From the NCBI GenBank assembly GCA_963664325.2, contig CAXXDQ010000003.1, positions 96,001 through 160,000 of the forward strand: 64,000 nucleotides of DNA, in the 5' to 3' direction. This DNA comes from Desulfomonilia bacterium. GTDB lineage: Bacteria > Desulfobacterota > Desulfomonilia > UBA1062. Below, one piece after another: positions 54,015 to 63,637 of this stretch. Made by a program: the position numbers and the translations under genes. A model generated the notes under the pieces. That model saw only the letters and a list, made by a program, of their open reading frames with translations. It did not search any database and had not been told where the DNA came from. Positions within the stretch are counted from its first letter, which is position 1. Every line of letters begins with the position of its first letter.

Positions 54015-54725
54015 TTAGCGAATACCGGCGACCACATGGCTACGGAAATGGGTCGTCTTGCGGGGGAGATCCTTCCAGTCGGTATCAATGATTATGTTTC
54101 CGTATATCGGGCCTGTGTATGCACCTGGCGAGAGCTTAAGGACCAGTTTCGCCGCAGCCCCGGGCGCCAGGCCGGATATGCCCGATGGGGTGATCGATGC
54201 CATTCCCGGAGGGTCAATCGCGATATGCGTAAGCGTTACCGGACTCTGCCTCCTGTTCCTGATGAGAATATCCCTCTGACGGACAGATCCGGGTCGTATA
54301 TCACCGAAATCGATAAATTTAGGTTCAACCTGTAGTATTGAATAGATACTTGCTTTTACGGTCAGGCTTAGCAAAGGGGTTTTCCGGTCATTGGTTTCTA
54401 TCAGGAGCACCTTCTTGAACTCGCCTTCCCATGTGCCTGTTTTCACGTCAACCGTAATCGCCCTCGATTCGCCAGGTTTCAATTGCGGCCCGCCCGGGGC
54501 GCTTACCTTGACCCCTCAACAGGGTTTTATTTTAATAATAAGATCTCCCCTGCCTGTATTCTTCAGGATAAATGTGTGGATTAATTTTTGTCCCTGGGAA
54601 ATTTCACCTATATTAAAAACCGCAGAATCAACTACAGCAGTCGGGGATGAGCAGGCGGCAGCCAGAATAAAAGGCAACACCGGTATGGCTTTGACGATCA
54701 GACGGATCAGCTTCTTCGACATCAT
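54015..54725 (-). CDS. DUF1573 (Ig-like) lipoprotein with in-frame TGA at 54516-54518; putative selenoprotein
   Basis: ORFs 54516-54725 and 54015-54482 share a frame and are joined by 11 sense codons: ...KNTGRGDLIIKIKPC-TGA-GVKVSAPGGPQLKPGES...; lipobox AAAC. Confidence 0.7.
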
Positions 54726-54860
54726 GCGGCCTCCATCAAGAGAAATTGTTCTGTCTCAATAGCGCCCTTAGTATCTTGCTGAGTTCGTGGTATCCTTGCA
54801 TTATGAATATCATAGTATTTACAGGGGGTAAACAGGGAACGGGCACAGAGTTTTAACGCC

Positions 54861-55631
54861 TTAAACATTTTCCGGGCATCCGAGCTGGGAGGAAATCTGT
54901 TTGGATGTAAGCCTTACGGCAGCGATTATATCCGTTTTTCTCTTCTCAATGTTCCGGGGATTGCCGGAAATGGTGAAGGCTGCGATCAGCATCCCATCAT
55001 GGTTGAAGATGGGGCCGCCTATTCCGGCCAGACCGTTTATGGATTCCTGCCTGTCATAGCTGATGCCGTCTTTTTTCACCTGCTCTAATTCCTCAAGGAA
55101 GGCTTTTTTTGTTCTTATGGTATTCGGCGTAAAGACATCAAACGGGTAATCCTTTAAAATTTCGTCGCGCTTGCTGTTTTCCATATGTGCGTACAGCATC
55201 TTGCCGATGCAGGTGCTGTGTGCCGGAATAACTGATCCCGCTTCAGGGAAAACCATATACCGGTTTTCAGGTTCGGTCCTCATTATGATTGTAACCTTCT
55301 CGCCCACGAGCACGCCCACGTTGACGGGCTCCATGAACTGAAAGCAGAGTCTTTCAAGCCATGCACGGCCCAGCGTGACTACATCCATGCCGGTTGCGCA
55401 TTTCATGCCCAGCTGAAAGATTTGAGGACCCAGCCTGTATCTGCCGGTCAGATGGTCCTTTTCCAGAAAACCAAGGGTATCTAGAGTGCCGACAATGCTT
55501 GATACTGTCGTTTTTGCAAGGCCCAGGCGTCTTGAAAAATCGGTTATGCCTATGGGTTTTTTCTCGCTCAGAAATAGCTCAAGAATATCCGACGCCCTTT
55601 TTATTGATTGAATAAGCCTTTTTCCGCCCAT
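54861..55631 (-). CDS. IclR family transcriptional regulator
   Basis: IQSIKRA..IL, LGLAKTT HTH, PAHSTCIGK, QES..G..GIGGPI. Confidence 0.93.
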   Translation of the reverse strand: MGGKRLIQSIKRASDILELFLSEKKPIGITDFSRRLGLAKTTVSSIVGTLDTLGFLEKDHLTGRYRLGPQIFQLGMKCATGMDVVTLGRAWLERLCFQFMEPVNVGVLVGEKVTIIMRTEPENRYMVFPEAGSVIPAHSTCIGKMLYAHMENSKRDEILKDYPFDVFTPNTIRTKKAFLEELEQVKKDGISYDRQESINGLAGIGGPIFNHDGMLIAAFTISGNPRNIEKRKTDIIAAVRLTSKQISSQLGCPENV

Positions 55632-55696
55632 GATTGCCGCCTTTCTTTTTTTGCATTGACTATGAAATCCTTATAACATAAAATAACGGAACATGA

Positions 55697-55711
55697 TACG
55701 ACAATATCGTA
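55697..55711. promoter_or_regulatory. Palindrome in divergent IclR/CoA-ligase promoter (likely IclR operator)
   Basis: TACGA-caata-TCGTA. Confidence 0.45.
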
Positions 55712-55845
55712 CAATATGAATTAATTGCAAATGGATAAAGGCTTAGTTCTTAACGGTATCGAACAGGAGACATGCCGGGCCGGCCTTATTTCCCGGCGGC
55801 AGACTGTTTTTAATATGATAAGCAGACAGCACAGAAGGGAGCGTT

Positions 55846-57690
55846 ATGAAAAGATTGAATTTGAAGACTATACTGCGGGACTACCTTTGGTTCGTTAATT
55901 TCAGGACCATGATCAAACTGACGATGTGGTGGGCATGGCCCCGCCGCAAGCGCGTCTTTTTCATATTTGAAGGCCGTGAATACACCTATGGCGAGGTTTA
56001 TCAGAGATCCCAGGATTTTGCCCGCTTCTTTTCGGCCGAGCGCGAGAAACGTGTAGCCAGGGGCGCTCTGCCCGGGGACGGGCGCCTTCGAGTGGGAATT
56101 TATGTGGATAACATCCCGGAATTCATGTTTGCCTCGCTCGGCGCAGGGTTGAGCAACTCCATACTTTTTGCCATAAATACCGGTTTCCGCGGAGAAACAC
56201 TTTCCGCGGTAATTAACCAGTCAGACATCTCCATGCTTATTATCAATTCAAGCACTATTGGCGAAGCCGAACGGGTAAAAAAAGAGATCAACATCGCTGA
56301 GGCAGACATACTCTACGCCGGGACCAAAGACGAAATCGAGGGAAAGTCTTACAGGATCCTGAACGGGGCTGTTGACGCCGCCGCTTCGAAACCGGGCAGA
56401 TACCCTATACCCCGCATCGATAATTTCAGTCCGGTTATTGTCATCTATACCTCGGGGACGACCGGCGTCCCGAAAGGTGTGCCCTGCACGCATGCCAAAA
56501 TGATCGGCGCCGGATTTGTGGTGGAGACCGCAGTATGGCTCACGAAAAAGGACAGGGGCTATATCTCGATGCCGCTCTTCCATTCCAATGCCTGGTATAT
56601 AGGCATACTTCCCCAATTGATTGTAGGCGGCAGCTTTGTGCTCAAGCGCAAGTTCAGCGCGAGCGCCTTCGAGGAAGACATGCTGAAGTACGGAGTAACC
56701 TTTCTGAATTATGTTGGGCAGCCACTTCACTATATCATCGATTCGCTTGAAAAAAAGTACGGAAGCCCGGAAGCAGTGGAAAAGGCTCTTTCAACGCATC
56801 CGCAGAACAAGTTCAGGGTTGCCTACGGAAACGGCGCTTCGATAGTCGACCGTATAAAATTCAAGAAGTATTTCAATATGGATCATGTCTATGAGATATA
56901 CGGCTCCACCGAGGCGGTGATCACAACTGCCAACCGTCCCGGAGATCCGATTGAATCAATGGGTGAGGTATTGAAATCGGTTTGCATACTTGATGAAAAA
57001 GATAAGGAATGTCCGGTCGGGATTGCCGATGAAAGCGGAAAACTTGTGAACTATGATGCGGCCGTAGGCGAGATCTGCCGCAGGGTAGGCGAAAACAACC
57101 TCAGGTTTGAAGGATACTTCGGCAACGCTACCGCCACCACGCAGAAATTCCGCAAGGGGATATTCCATTCAGGTGACATCGGTCATATAAGGATAATCAA
57201 CGGCAAGAGGTATCTCTTCTTCAACGGACGGACCGATGACTGGATCAGAAAGGACGGAGAAAACTTTTCAGCCGAAAATGTACTTAAATATGCACAGGAT
57301 ATACCCGGAGTCGATCTGGCCATAGCCTATGGCGCACCTTGTGATGTATCAGATGAAAAGGTGATGATCGCCATACAGATGAAAGAAGGCTTCCAGTTCA
57401 ACCCGGATGAAACATACGCCTGGTTGATGAAGCAGCAGAAAGAAGGCGGCATGGACCCCAAGTGGATGCCCGATTTCATCAGGATCATAGGGCGCTTTCC
57501 CTTGACAGACACTCACAAGATTGTTGTCCGGCCGTACAAGAAGGAGCATTACAATCTTGAGAACAGTCCCGACATGAAGATTTTCTACCGCAGCAAGGGG
57601 GATACCACTTTTTCCCTGATGACCACGGAAAAATATCAGACCATGAAGGAGTGCTTTATCAGAAACGGCCGGGGACCCCTGCTGGGATAG
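55846..57690 (+). CDS. Acyl-CoA synthetase (AMP-binding; FATP/FadD17-like)
   Basis: YTSGTTGVPKG, PLFHSNA, NYVG, YGSTE, SGD, GR..DWIRKDGEN. Confidence 0.88.
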   Translation: MKRLNLKTILRDYLWFVNFRTMIKLTMWWAWPRRKRVFFIFEGREYTYGEVYQRSQDFARFFSAEREKRVARGALPGDGRLRVGIYVDNIPEFMFASLGAGLSNSILFAINTGFRGETLSAVINQSDISMLIINSSTIGEAERVKKEINIAEADILYAGTKDEIEGKSYRILNGAVDAAASKPGRYPIPRIDNFSPVIVIYTSGTTGVPKGVPCTHAKMIGAGFVVETAVWLTKKDRGYISMPLFHSNAWYIGILPQLIVGGSFVLKRKFSASAFEEDMLKYGVTFLNYVGQPLHYIIDSLEKKYGSPEAVEKALSTHPQNKFRVAYGNGASIVDRIKFKKYFNMDHVYEIYGSTEAVITTANRPGDPIESMGEVLKSVCILDEKDKECPVGIADESGKLVNYDAAVGEICRRVGENNLRFEGYFGNATATTQKFRKGIFHSGDIGHIRIINGKRYLFFNGRTDDWIRKDGENFSAENVLKYAQDIPGVDLAIAYGAPCDVSDEKVMIAIQMKEGFQFNPDETYAWLMKQQKEGGMDPKWMPDFIRIIGRFPLTDTHKIVVRPYKKEHYNLENSPDMKIFYRSKGDTTFSLMTTEKYQTMKECFIRNGRGPLLG

Positions 57691-57777
57691 GGACATGCCC
57701 GGGGTGGTCGGGCCTTTTATCTTGCCCGGTTTTCAGCGCCGGAAATGTTTGACTGTGCACGTGTGAAGAATGTTTTT

Positions 57778-57963
57778 TTATCCGATCTCGAAGATGACAT
57801 TTATGACATGCGCAGGTTTATTCAGGGTCAGTCTGAAGGCGTCCCGGTATTCGTTCGGCCTGAAGTGTTGCATTGTATATCCGTCAAGGGAGATCCGTCT
57901 GTCCGCCATCATCTCATTAGCCAGATCAAAGCTGGATATCGTGCGTCCCTTGCAGTTTTTCAT
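57778..57963 (-). pseudogene. Probable C-terminal remnant of a Zn-dependent alcohol dehydrogenase
   Basis: SFDLAxEMM...HF..xEYRDAF....VINVIF resembles an MDR C-terminus; in-frame stops immediately upstream. Confidence 0.4.
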
Positions 57964-57987
57964 GTGTCATCATTTATCTTTTTACCT

Positions 57988-58812
57988 CTAACGGTAGTCG
58001 ATGAGGCTGTCTATCCTTCCAGTAATGTCCTTGACTGCCGCATGCATGTCTCTTACGATCACGGCAACAGAATTGTTAGGACAGACAGAGGCGCAGCGGC
58101 CGCAACCTTTGCATGTCCCGGTGTTGTGGCGGGCCTTACCGTTTTTAAGCATAACCGCGTCCATGAAACACTCCGCCACGCAGGTTCCGCAGCCCGTGCA
58201 GCGCTCATCATCCACAACGATGTCGATGCCCTTGAGCATTACCAGCGATTTTGCCGCTTCACGAGGGAAATACTTGCCCGAGTTGAGTATGGTGCAGCAG
58301 CATCGGCAGCAATAGCAGACGGTCAAAAGTCTACCCCTGTCGCGTACGCCCCAGATGAAGTTGTCCACTTTGACGCGTCCTGTCATGGGTATAAGCCCGT
58401 CTGAAACAAGCTTGCGGTGATGGGCGATCGCTTCATCAACCGGGATATGGCGCGCTATCCTGGTGTCGATCTCGCGTGTGCCGTCGCCCATGAGCAGGCA
58501 GCCGTATTCGACGGGATGCTCCTTGCACTGCTTGGCGTCCCTGCATGTGCAGCGGTTTATGATAACGCGGTGCGAGGAGCGCCTTATCAGCTCCTCGACT
58601 ATAGCATCGGGCAGCGGCGAGCTGGCTGCTCCTTCGATCGTTGCATTGATGGGTATATAAGAGATGTTGAGATTTCTTTTCGAAAACATCGGGACGGTCA
58701 GGCGTTCTATCAGACCGCCAATAACAGGCCATTTTGTAGCCTGTGCGCTTATCCATGTGATCGGCCAGATCCTGGCCAGGACATACAGCCACCATTCGGG
58801 TCTGCGCGACAT
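57988..58812 (-). CDS. 4Fe-4S binding protein with additional Cys cluster
   Basis: CTCR, CYCCRCCC, CTGCGTCVAEC, CKGCGRCASVCP. Confidence 0.85.
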   Translation of the reverse strand: MSRRPEWWLYVLARIWPITWISAQATKWPVIGGLIERLTVPMFSKRNLNISYIPINATIEGAASSPLPDAIVEELIRRSSHRVIINRCTCRDAKQCKEHPVEYGCLLMGDGTREIDTRIARHIPVDEAIAHHRKLVSDGLIPMTGRVKVDNFIWGVRDRGRLLTVCYCCRCCCTILNSGKYFPREAAKSLVMLKGIDIVVDDERCTGCGTCVAECFMDAVMLKNGKARHNTGTCKGCGRCASVCPNNSVAVIVRDMHAAVKDITGRIDSLIDYR

Positions 58813-58829
58813 AAAACCCCCTCTTATGT

Positions 58830-59339
58830 TCAGCGCCGTCTCTTGATCGCGACGCCTTTATCCGTATTTGCAGCCTCCGGATCAGCATTCAGTGGCGGGA
58901 CCCCAAGGATAGCGCTCAGGTTTGCGGCAGCCTTTATGACTGCGGCCGCTTCCTGGGCGCTGTAACCTTTCATACCTGCGCGGATCTTTTCATATGAATG
59001 GTTTTCCGATGCCATCATAAGCTTTTTCCCTTCTTCTTCGAGTTCGACAAGAATATTGCGCCTGTCGGACAGGTCAGGGGAGCGCCTTACGAGCCTGCGC
59101 CTCTGAAGCTTGTCAACGGCGCGGCTTGCGGTGCTGATGTGCACGCTCAGCTCCTGTGCGATGGAGCTCATGCGCACCGGCGAACTGCGCCTGAGAAAAT
59201 AGAGGATGTACGAGTCCTGATAGGTCATGCCGAACAGGCGTACCTTCTGCCGGTCGAACTGATAGACCACGGCCATAGCATTGTAGAGTATCTCGTCGAT
59301 CTGTTCGCGGCGCAGGGAATCGATAAAGGATTTCTTCAT
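58830..59339 (-). CDS. MarR family transcriptional regulator
   Basis: IAQELSVHISTASRAVDKL...DRR..LVEL..EG. Confidence 0.88.
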   Translation of the reverse strand: MKKSFIDSLRREQIDEILYNAMAVVYQFDRQKVRLFGMTYQDSYILYFLRRSSPVRMSSIAQELSVHISTASRAVDKLQRRRLVRRSPDLSDRRNILVELEEEGKKLMMASENHSYEKIRAGMKGYSAQEAAAVIKAAANLSAILGVPPLNADPEAANTDKGVAIKRRR

Positions 59340-59361
59340 GAAAGGGCAGCCTAGCAAATTA

Positions 59362-59377
59362 TTTGCGCATATGCAAA
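59362..59377. promoter_or_regulatory. Palindrome upstream of marR (possible autoregulatory operator)
   Basis: TTTGC-gcatat-GCAAA. Confidence 0.4.
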
Positions 59378-59433
59378 CAATATGAAGCACCCACTGTTGA
59401 GAATGTTAAATGGATGTTTCGCACTCCGAACCG

Positions 59434-60606
59434 TCAGCCGAGGCTTCTGGCGGCAGGGCGGCTTTTCATCAGGAGTCCGATCAGGCCGGAGATGAAGGGC
59501 AGCAGGAATATGACGGTCAGCGCGGTGTTCATCCCCCATGTGTCGGCGATGTGGCCTATGATTATCACTGCAAGCCCGCCTATGCCGCCCGCGAAACCCA
59601 TTGAGAGTCCTGCTGCGAACGCCTTGTTGTCGGGAATCGCCTCCTGCGCGGCTACCACTGTGACGGATATGCTGGACAGGAGCGCGGCGCCCGAGAGCAT
59701 CATGAATATGATTCTCAAGGCGCCTTCTGTTGAGAAGAACGCGAACAATAAAGGGGTCGACAGCATAAGCGAGGAAACGATGAGAGGCTTGCGGCCATAG
59801 TTGTCGGAAAGGTAGCCGCCCAGTATGCCGCCGAAGACGCCTGAAAAGAGCATGATCGTGACCATGTATCCTATTGTGACGTTGGAGTATCCCTTGGACT
59901 TGAAATACAGTGGCAGGAATGTGAGCAGCCCTGTGAATGCCAGCGACCTTATGGCGATCACGCTGATTATGGCCGAAAGCTCACGCGCGGCGCGCCATAT
60001 GGAACGGAACACCTCGGAGAGCGCAAGCATGCTCGGCGTAATGACCTTGTCTTTTGGAGTGAAGAAGATCAGCAGCAGCGAGACGAAGACGCCCGGAATC
60101 ATGATAAACGGCGAGGCTCCAAGGCCGAAGGCCTGGAACAGCGGTATGAAGAGCAGGGGGGCGAGCGCAAAGCCGATGTTTCCGAACGCCACGAATCCCG
60201 AGAGTAAAAGGGCCTTGCGGTTCCCGCTCAGTATGTTGACCATGGTGGAAGCCTGCGGATGGAAGGCAGCCGTTCCCAGCCCGGCAAGGGTCGCAAGGCT
60301 CACGAGTGCGGTATAGCTGCCGACCACGCCGGTCATGCTCAGCATCACGGCCATCCACAGCGTGCCGACATAGACGAGCCAGCGCTTGCCCTTGCGGTCG
60401 AGGAAAAAGCCGAAGAACGGCTGGGCTATGGAGGACGATATAGTGAAGGAGGAAATCAGGGCCGCCGCCCTGGTGGCCGTGAAGCCCGGCCTTGCAACGA
60501 CCAGAAACAAGAGCATCTGCGGCAGATAGTTGCTGTAAAGGTCGTTCATCATGTGAGCGAGCGACAGCACGCCTATCGTCGTATATTTTCTGTACAGGCT
60601 TTTCAT
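59434..60606 (-). CDS. MFS transporter (Fsr-like)
   Basis: HMMND.Y, QP.FG, GLGTAAFHP, GYLSDNYGRK; about 12 TM segments. Confidence 0.9.
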   Translation of the reverse strand: MKSLYRKYTTIGVLSLAHMMNDLYSNYLPQMLLFLVVARPGFTATRAAALISSFTISSSIAQPFFGFFLDRKGKRWLVYVGTLWMAVMLSMTGVVGSYTALVSLATLAGLGTAAFHPQASTMVNILSGNRKALLLSGFVAFGNIGFALAPLLFIPLFQAFGLGASPFIMIPGVFVSLLLIFFTPKDKVITPSMLALSEVFRSIWRAARELSAIISVIAIRSLAFTGLLTFLPLYFKSKGYSNVTIGYMVTIMLFSGVFGGILGGYLSDNYGRKPLIVSSLMLSTPLLFAFFSTEGALRIIFMMLSGAALLSSISVTVVAAQEAIPDNKAFAAGLSMGFAGGIGGLAVIIIGHIADTWGMNTALTVIFLLPFISGLIGLLMKSRPAARSLG

Positions 60607-60685
60607 CGGATCGCCTCAAATTATTTCCGGGCCTCTCATTCTGGCCCTTGGTCCGGAATGATATAGCCGGATATTTACAGGATTT

Positions 60686-61111
60686 CTAGTCCCCAATGAT
60701 TTTTACCAGTACCCGCTTCCTGCGCATGCCGTCGAATTCGCCGTAGAATATCTGCTCCCACGGGCCGAAATCCAGCCTGCCGTTCGTGACCGCCACCACC
60801 ACCTCGCGCCCCATGATCTGGCGCTTCAGGTGCGCGTCTCCGTTATCCTCGCCGGAGAGGTTGTGCCTGTAGAAGCTCACCGGCTCATGGGGCGCAATCC
60901 TTTCTAGCCAGTCTTTGTAGTCGGAATGCAGCCCGCTCTCATCGTCATTGATGAAGACCGAGGCGGTTATATGCATGGCGTTCACCAGGCAAAGCCCTTC
61001 CTTTATTCCGCTTTCTTTAAGGGCCATATCAACGTCGGGCGTTATGTTTATGAACTCAACCCTCTTCGATATATTGAACCACAGTTCTTTCCGGAATGAC
61101 TTCATATCCAT
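60686..61111 (-). CDS. yjbQ: YjbQ/UPF0047 family protein
   Basis: [36 protein letters not shown]. Confidence 0.9.
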   Translation of the reverse strand: MDMKSFRKELWFNISKRVEFINITPDVDMALKESGIKEGLCLVNAMHITASVFINDDESGLHSDYKDWLERIAPHEPVSFYRHNLSGEDNGDAHLKRQIMGREVVVAVTNGRLDFGPWEQIFYGEFDGMRRKRVLVKIIGD

Positions 61112-61326
61112 CTCCTTACCGGTATTATGTGATTAATTTATATATTATAACTTCATGGTGCATGGCAAATCCGCATTAAGGCAACAACTGGTTTAATGTG
61201 CAAGCTCAGCTTGATAATCATATTTGTATCTTGGGTACGGCCCGGGACCTGATGCCGGACTTGCTATAATTATGCCGCGATGTTAATATGGCTAAACATT
61301 TTGAATGAAATTCAAGGAGAAATTCT

Positions 61327-62184
61327 ATGAGGAAATATCTTGTTTACATTACCGCAACAGTTTTCCTGATAATTATTATTTCCGGATGCAAACCGCCGCA
61401 GAACACGATAACCCAGAATACAACGCTTGATGTATGCGCAATGGACCCCCTCTGCCAGCAGAAGATGGTCCTGGCCCATCGCGGTACCGGCAACTTTAAT
61501 TTCTGGGCAACGGAAAATACGATTGTCGCATTCGACATTGCCTGGAAGATGGGTGCGGACAGCATTGAAACAGATGTCCGCAAGACCTCGGACGGATACC
61601 TTGTAATAATGCACGACAGTACAGTCGACAAAACGACCAACGGCAGCGGCAGGGTTGAGGACATGACGCTCGCCCAGATCAAGGGGCTTGAAATCCGCTC
61701 ACTTAACATCAGCGTGCCTGTTCAGAGCGTACCGACATTCATGGAGGCACTGGCTTTCATCAAAGGCAAAACGCTTCTCGATGTTGACCTGAAGACAAAC
61801 GATATAGTGGACGTAGTAAATGAGATCACACAGGCCGGAATGACAGACGCGGCCTATATTGCAATAGGCTCTACAGCTGAAGCCTACGCCGCGAGATCGG
61901 CAAATCCTGCCGTGGCACTTATGCCCAAGGTGAAAAATGTGGAAGAGGCGAGGGAGTTTGTTGATAATCTCAGCCCCATTGCCTTTTTCGAGATTGAATT
62001 TGCAAATGCCACGCCGGAGCTTATTGAATATGTTCATTCAAAGGGTATCAAGATCCAGATGAACGCACTGCTCAACTATGACTTTCTTGGCAGGGCAGGT
62101 TATGATACTCTGCTCAAAAGGGGCGCCGATATTATTCAGACAGACCGGGTCGAACTCCTTGTGCCATACTTGAGTGGGTTATAA
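61327..62184 (+). CDS. Glycerophosphodiester phosphodiesterase lipoprotein
   Basis: Lipobox ISGC; AHRG, ENT, ETDV, HD.TVD.TTNG, IQTD. Confidence 0.9.
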   Translation: MRKYLVYITATVFLIIIISGCKPPQNTITQNTTLDVCAMDPLCQQKMVLAHRGTGNFNFWATENTIVAFDIAWKMGADSIETDVRKTSDGYLVIMHDSTVDKTTNGSGRVEDMTLAQIKGLEIRSLNISVPVQSVPTFMEALAFIKGKTLLDVDLKTNDIVDVVNEITQAGMTDAAYIAIGSTAEAYAARSANPAVALMPKVKNVEEAREFVDNLSPIAFFEIEFANATPELIEYVHSKGIKIQMNALLNYDFLGRAGYDTLLKRGADIIQTDRVELLVPYLSGL

Positions 62185-62561
62185 ACAGTGATCTGAATCG
62201 GTGATCGAAAACAGCCGTTACAGGCAGCCATTCGATATTTCATGCCGCTGCAGCGGTTTCAGTACCGATACTTATAATAAATATTTTCATGCCGCGGTTC
62301 TGGCTCGCCCCGGCACGTCTGTCAAAATTCATAGCCTGTCTGACCGCCAAGATTCTGTAAACAGAAAAAATCAGTTCAGCATAGCATGTTCCGGCAAATG
62401 GATTTGCAGGAGGCATATGCTTAAACATGCTGATTTCAGGGATCAGCAATTCAGATTTTTAGCAGCCTAATTTCAGGGTTTCCCTGATTGAGATAATCTC
62501 CGTCCAAGCGGATAGCTGTAATCACAGCATCAGTTTCAAAATCAAATACATGGAGGAAGAG

Positions 62562-62954
62562 ATGAAAAAGACGACGGTTTTACTGGTACTTTTAACTGCA
62601 TTGGTCTGTACGGCCGCCTATGCGGCAGAGAAGGAGTACAAAGGCTACATTTCAGACGTCCTGTGCGGATCGGGCGGCAAGGACCCGGCTGGAAATGATC
62701 TGACGATGAACCCGGAAAAGCACACCCTTGCATGCATGCAGGCCCCGCAATGCGCTGCCTCGGGCTATGGGATTTTCATTAAGGGCAAAGAAGGCAAATA
62801 TGTTTTTCACAAATTTGACAGCAAAGGAAGCGAGATGGCAAAGAAAAAGATCATAGACGCCGCAAAGAAAAAAGAAGGCATTATGGTTGCTGTAAAAGGC
62901 TCCCTTCAGGCTGACGGCTCTATTAAAGTAAAAAGCATAAAAATGAACAAATAA
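62562..62954 (+). CDS. Small secreted protein with Cys/His motif
   Basis: Signal peptide (AYA-AE); DVLCG...PEKHTLACM..P.CAASGYG; GGAGG RBS. Confidence 0.75.
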   Translation: MKKTTVLLVLLTALVCTAAYAAEKEYKGYISDVLCGSGGKDPAGNDLTMNPEKHTLACMQAPQCAASGYGIFIKGKEGKYVFHKFDSKGSEMAKKKIIDAAKKKEGIMVAVKGSLQADGSIKVKSIKMNK

Positions 62955-62967
62955 GGGGGATGCTGAT

Positions 62968-63420
62968 ATGTTCAAACCTAAAAAAATTCTGGTTCCCACT
63001 GACTTTTCAGAGAATTCAGACAAGGCTTTAAAAGAGGCAATTGATATTGCCGAAAAATACGATTCAAAGATTTATCTGCTGCATGTTATCGACAAGGACT
63101 TCCTCCAGCAATGTGCAGTTGATTACTGCCTGCCTATCGAAGATGTGGAACGGTACGAAGCGGATGCCGTAAAAAATCTGAAAGAGAAGATGAAGAATGA
63201 GGTAAACAAATATTCCGGCTCCAAAGCTGTAGAGGTAAATTTTGATATTATGAAAGGTTTACCATACAAGGAGATTATAAAGGAACAAAAAGATAAGGAT
63301 ATAGACCTCACGGTCATGGCCTCACACGGCAAATCCGGGTTCAGTAAATTCATGCTCGGAAGCGTAACCGACAAAGTGGTAAAAAGCTCAAGTTCCGAGG
63401 TCTTGCTGGTCAGAGAATAA
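62968..63420 (+). CDS. Universal stress protein
   Basis: ILVPTDFS, LLHV, MASHG.......LGSVTDKVV. Confidence 0.93.
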   Translation: MFKPKKILVPTDFSENSDKALKEAIDIAEKYDSKIYLLHVIDKDFLQQCAVDYCLPIEDVERYEADAVKNLKEKMKNEVNKYSGSKAVEVNFDIMKGLPYKEIIKEQKDKDIDLTVMASHGKSGFSKFMLGSVTDKVVKSSSSEVLLVRE

Positions 63421-63637
63421 TCTCAGAGCCATTACCCTGATTGCTGCGGGAATCCTGCACGGCGGACTTGTTGTTGCCGGATATGCTTTGTTTGAGTAAA
63501 TATCCCTGAGTAGTATTGTAGATGAGGGCTATATATGAATATGCAGGGACTTATGCAGTCTCAAGTCGGGGCTTGTGGGAACCGGTCTGTGATGTTTTCC
63601 TCATACCGGCTTTGCCCCTCGGCCGGGATATAGGGTA

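Noticed and set aside
62200-62540. Possible tmRNA because of the LAA-ending ORF
   Set aside because: No tRNA(Ala)-like 5' end or T-arm/CCA 3' end, and the ORF has its own ATG and RBS
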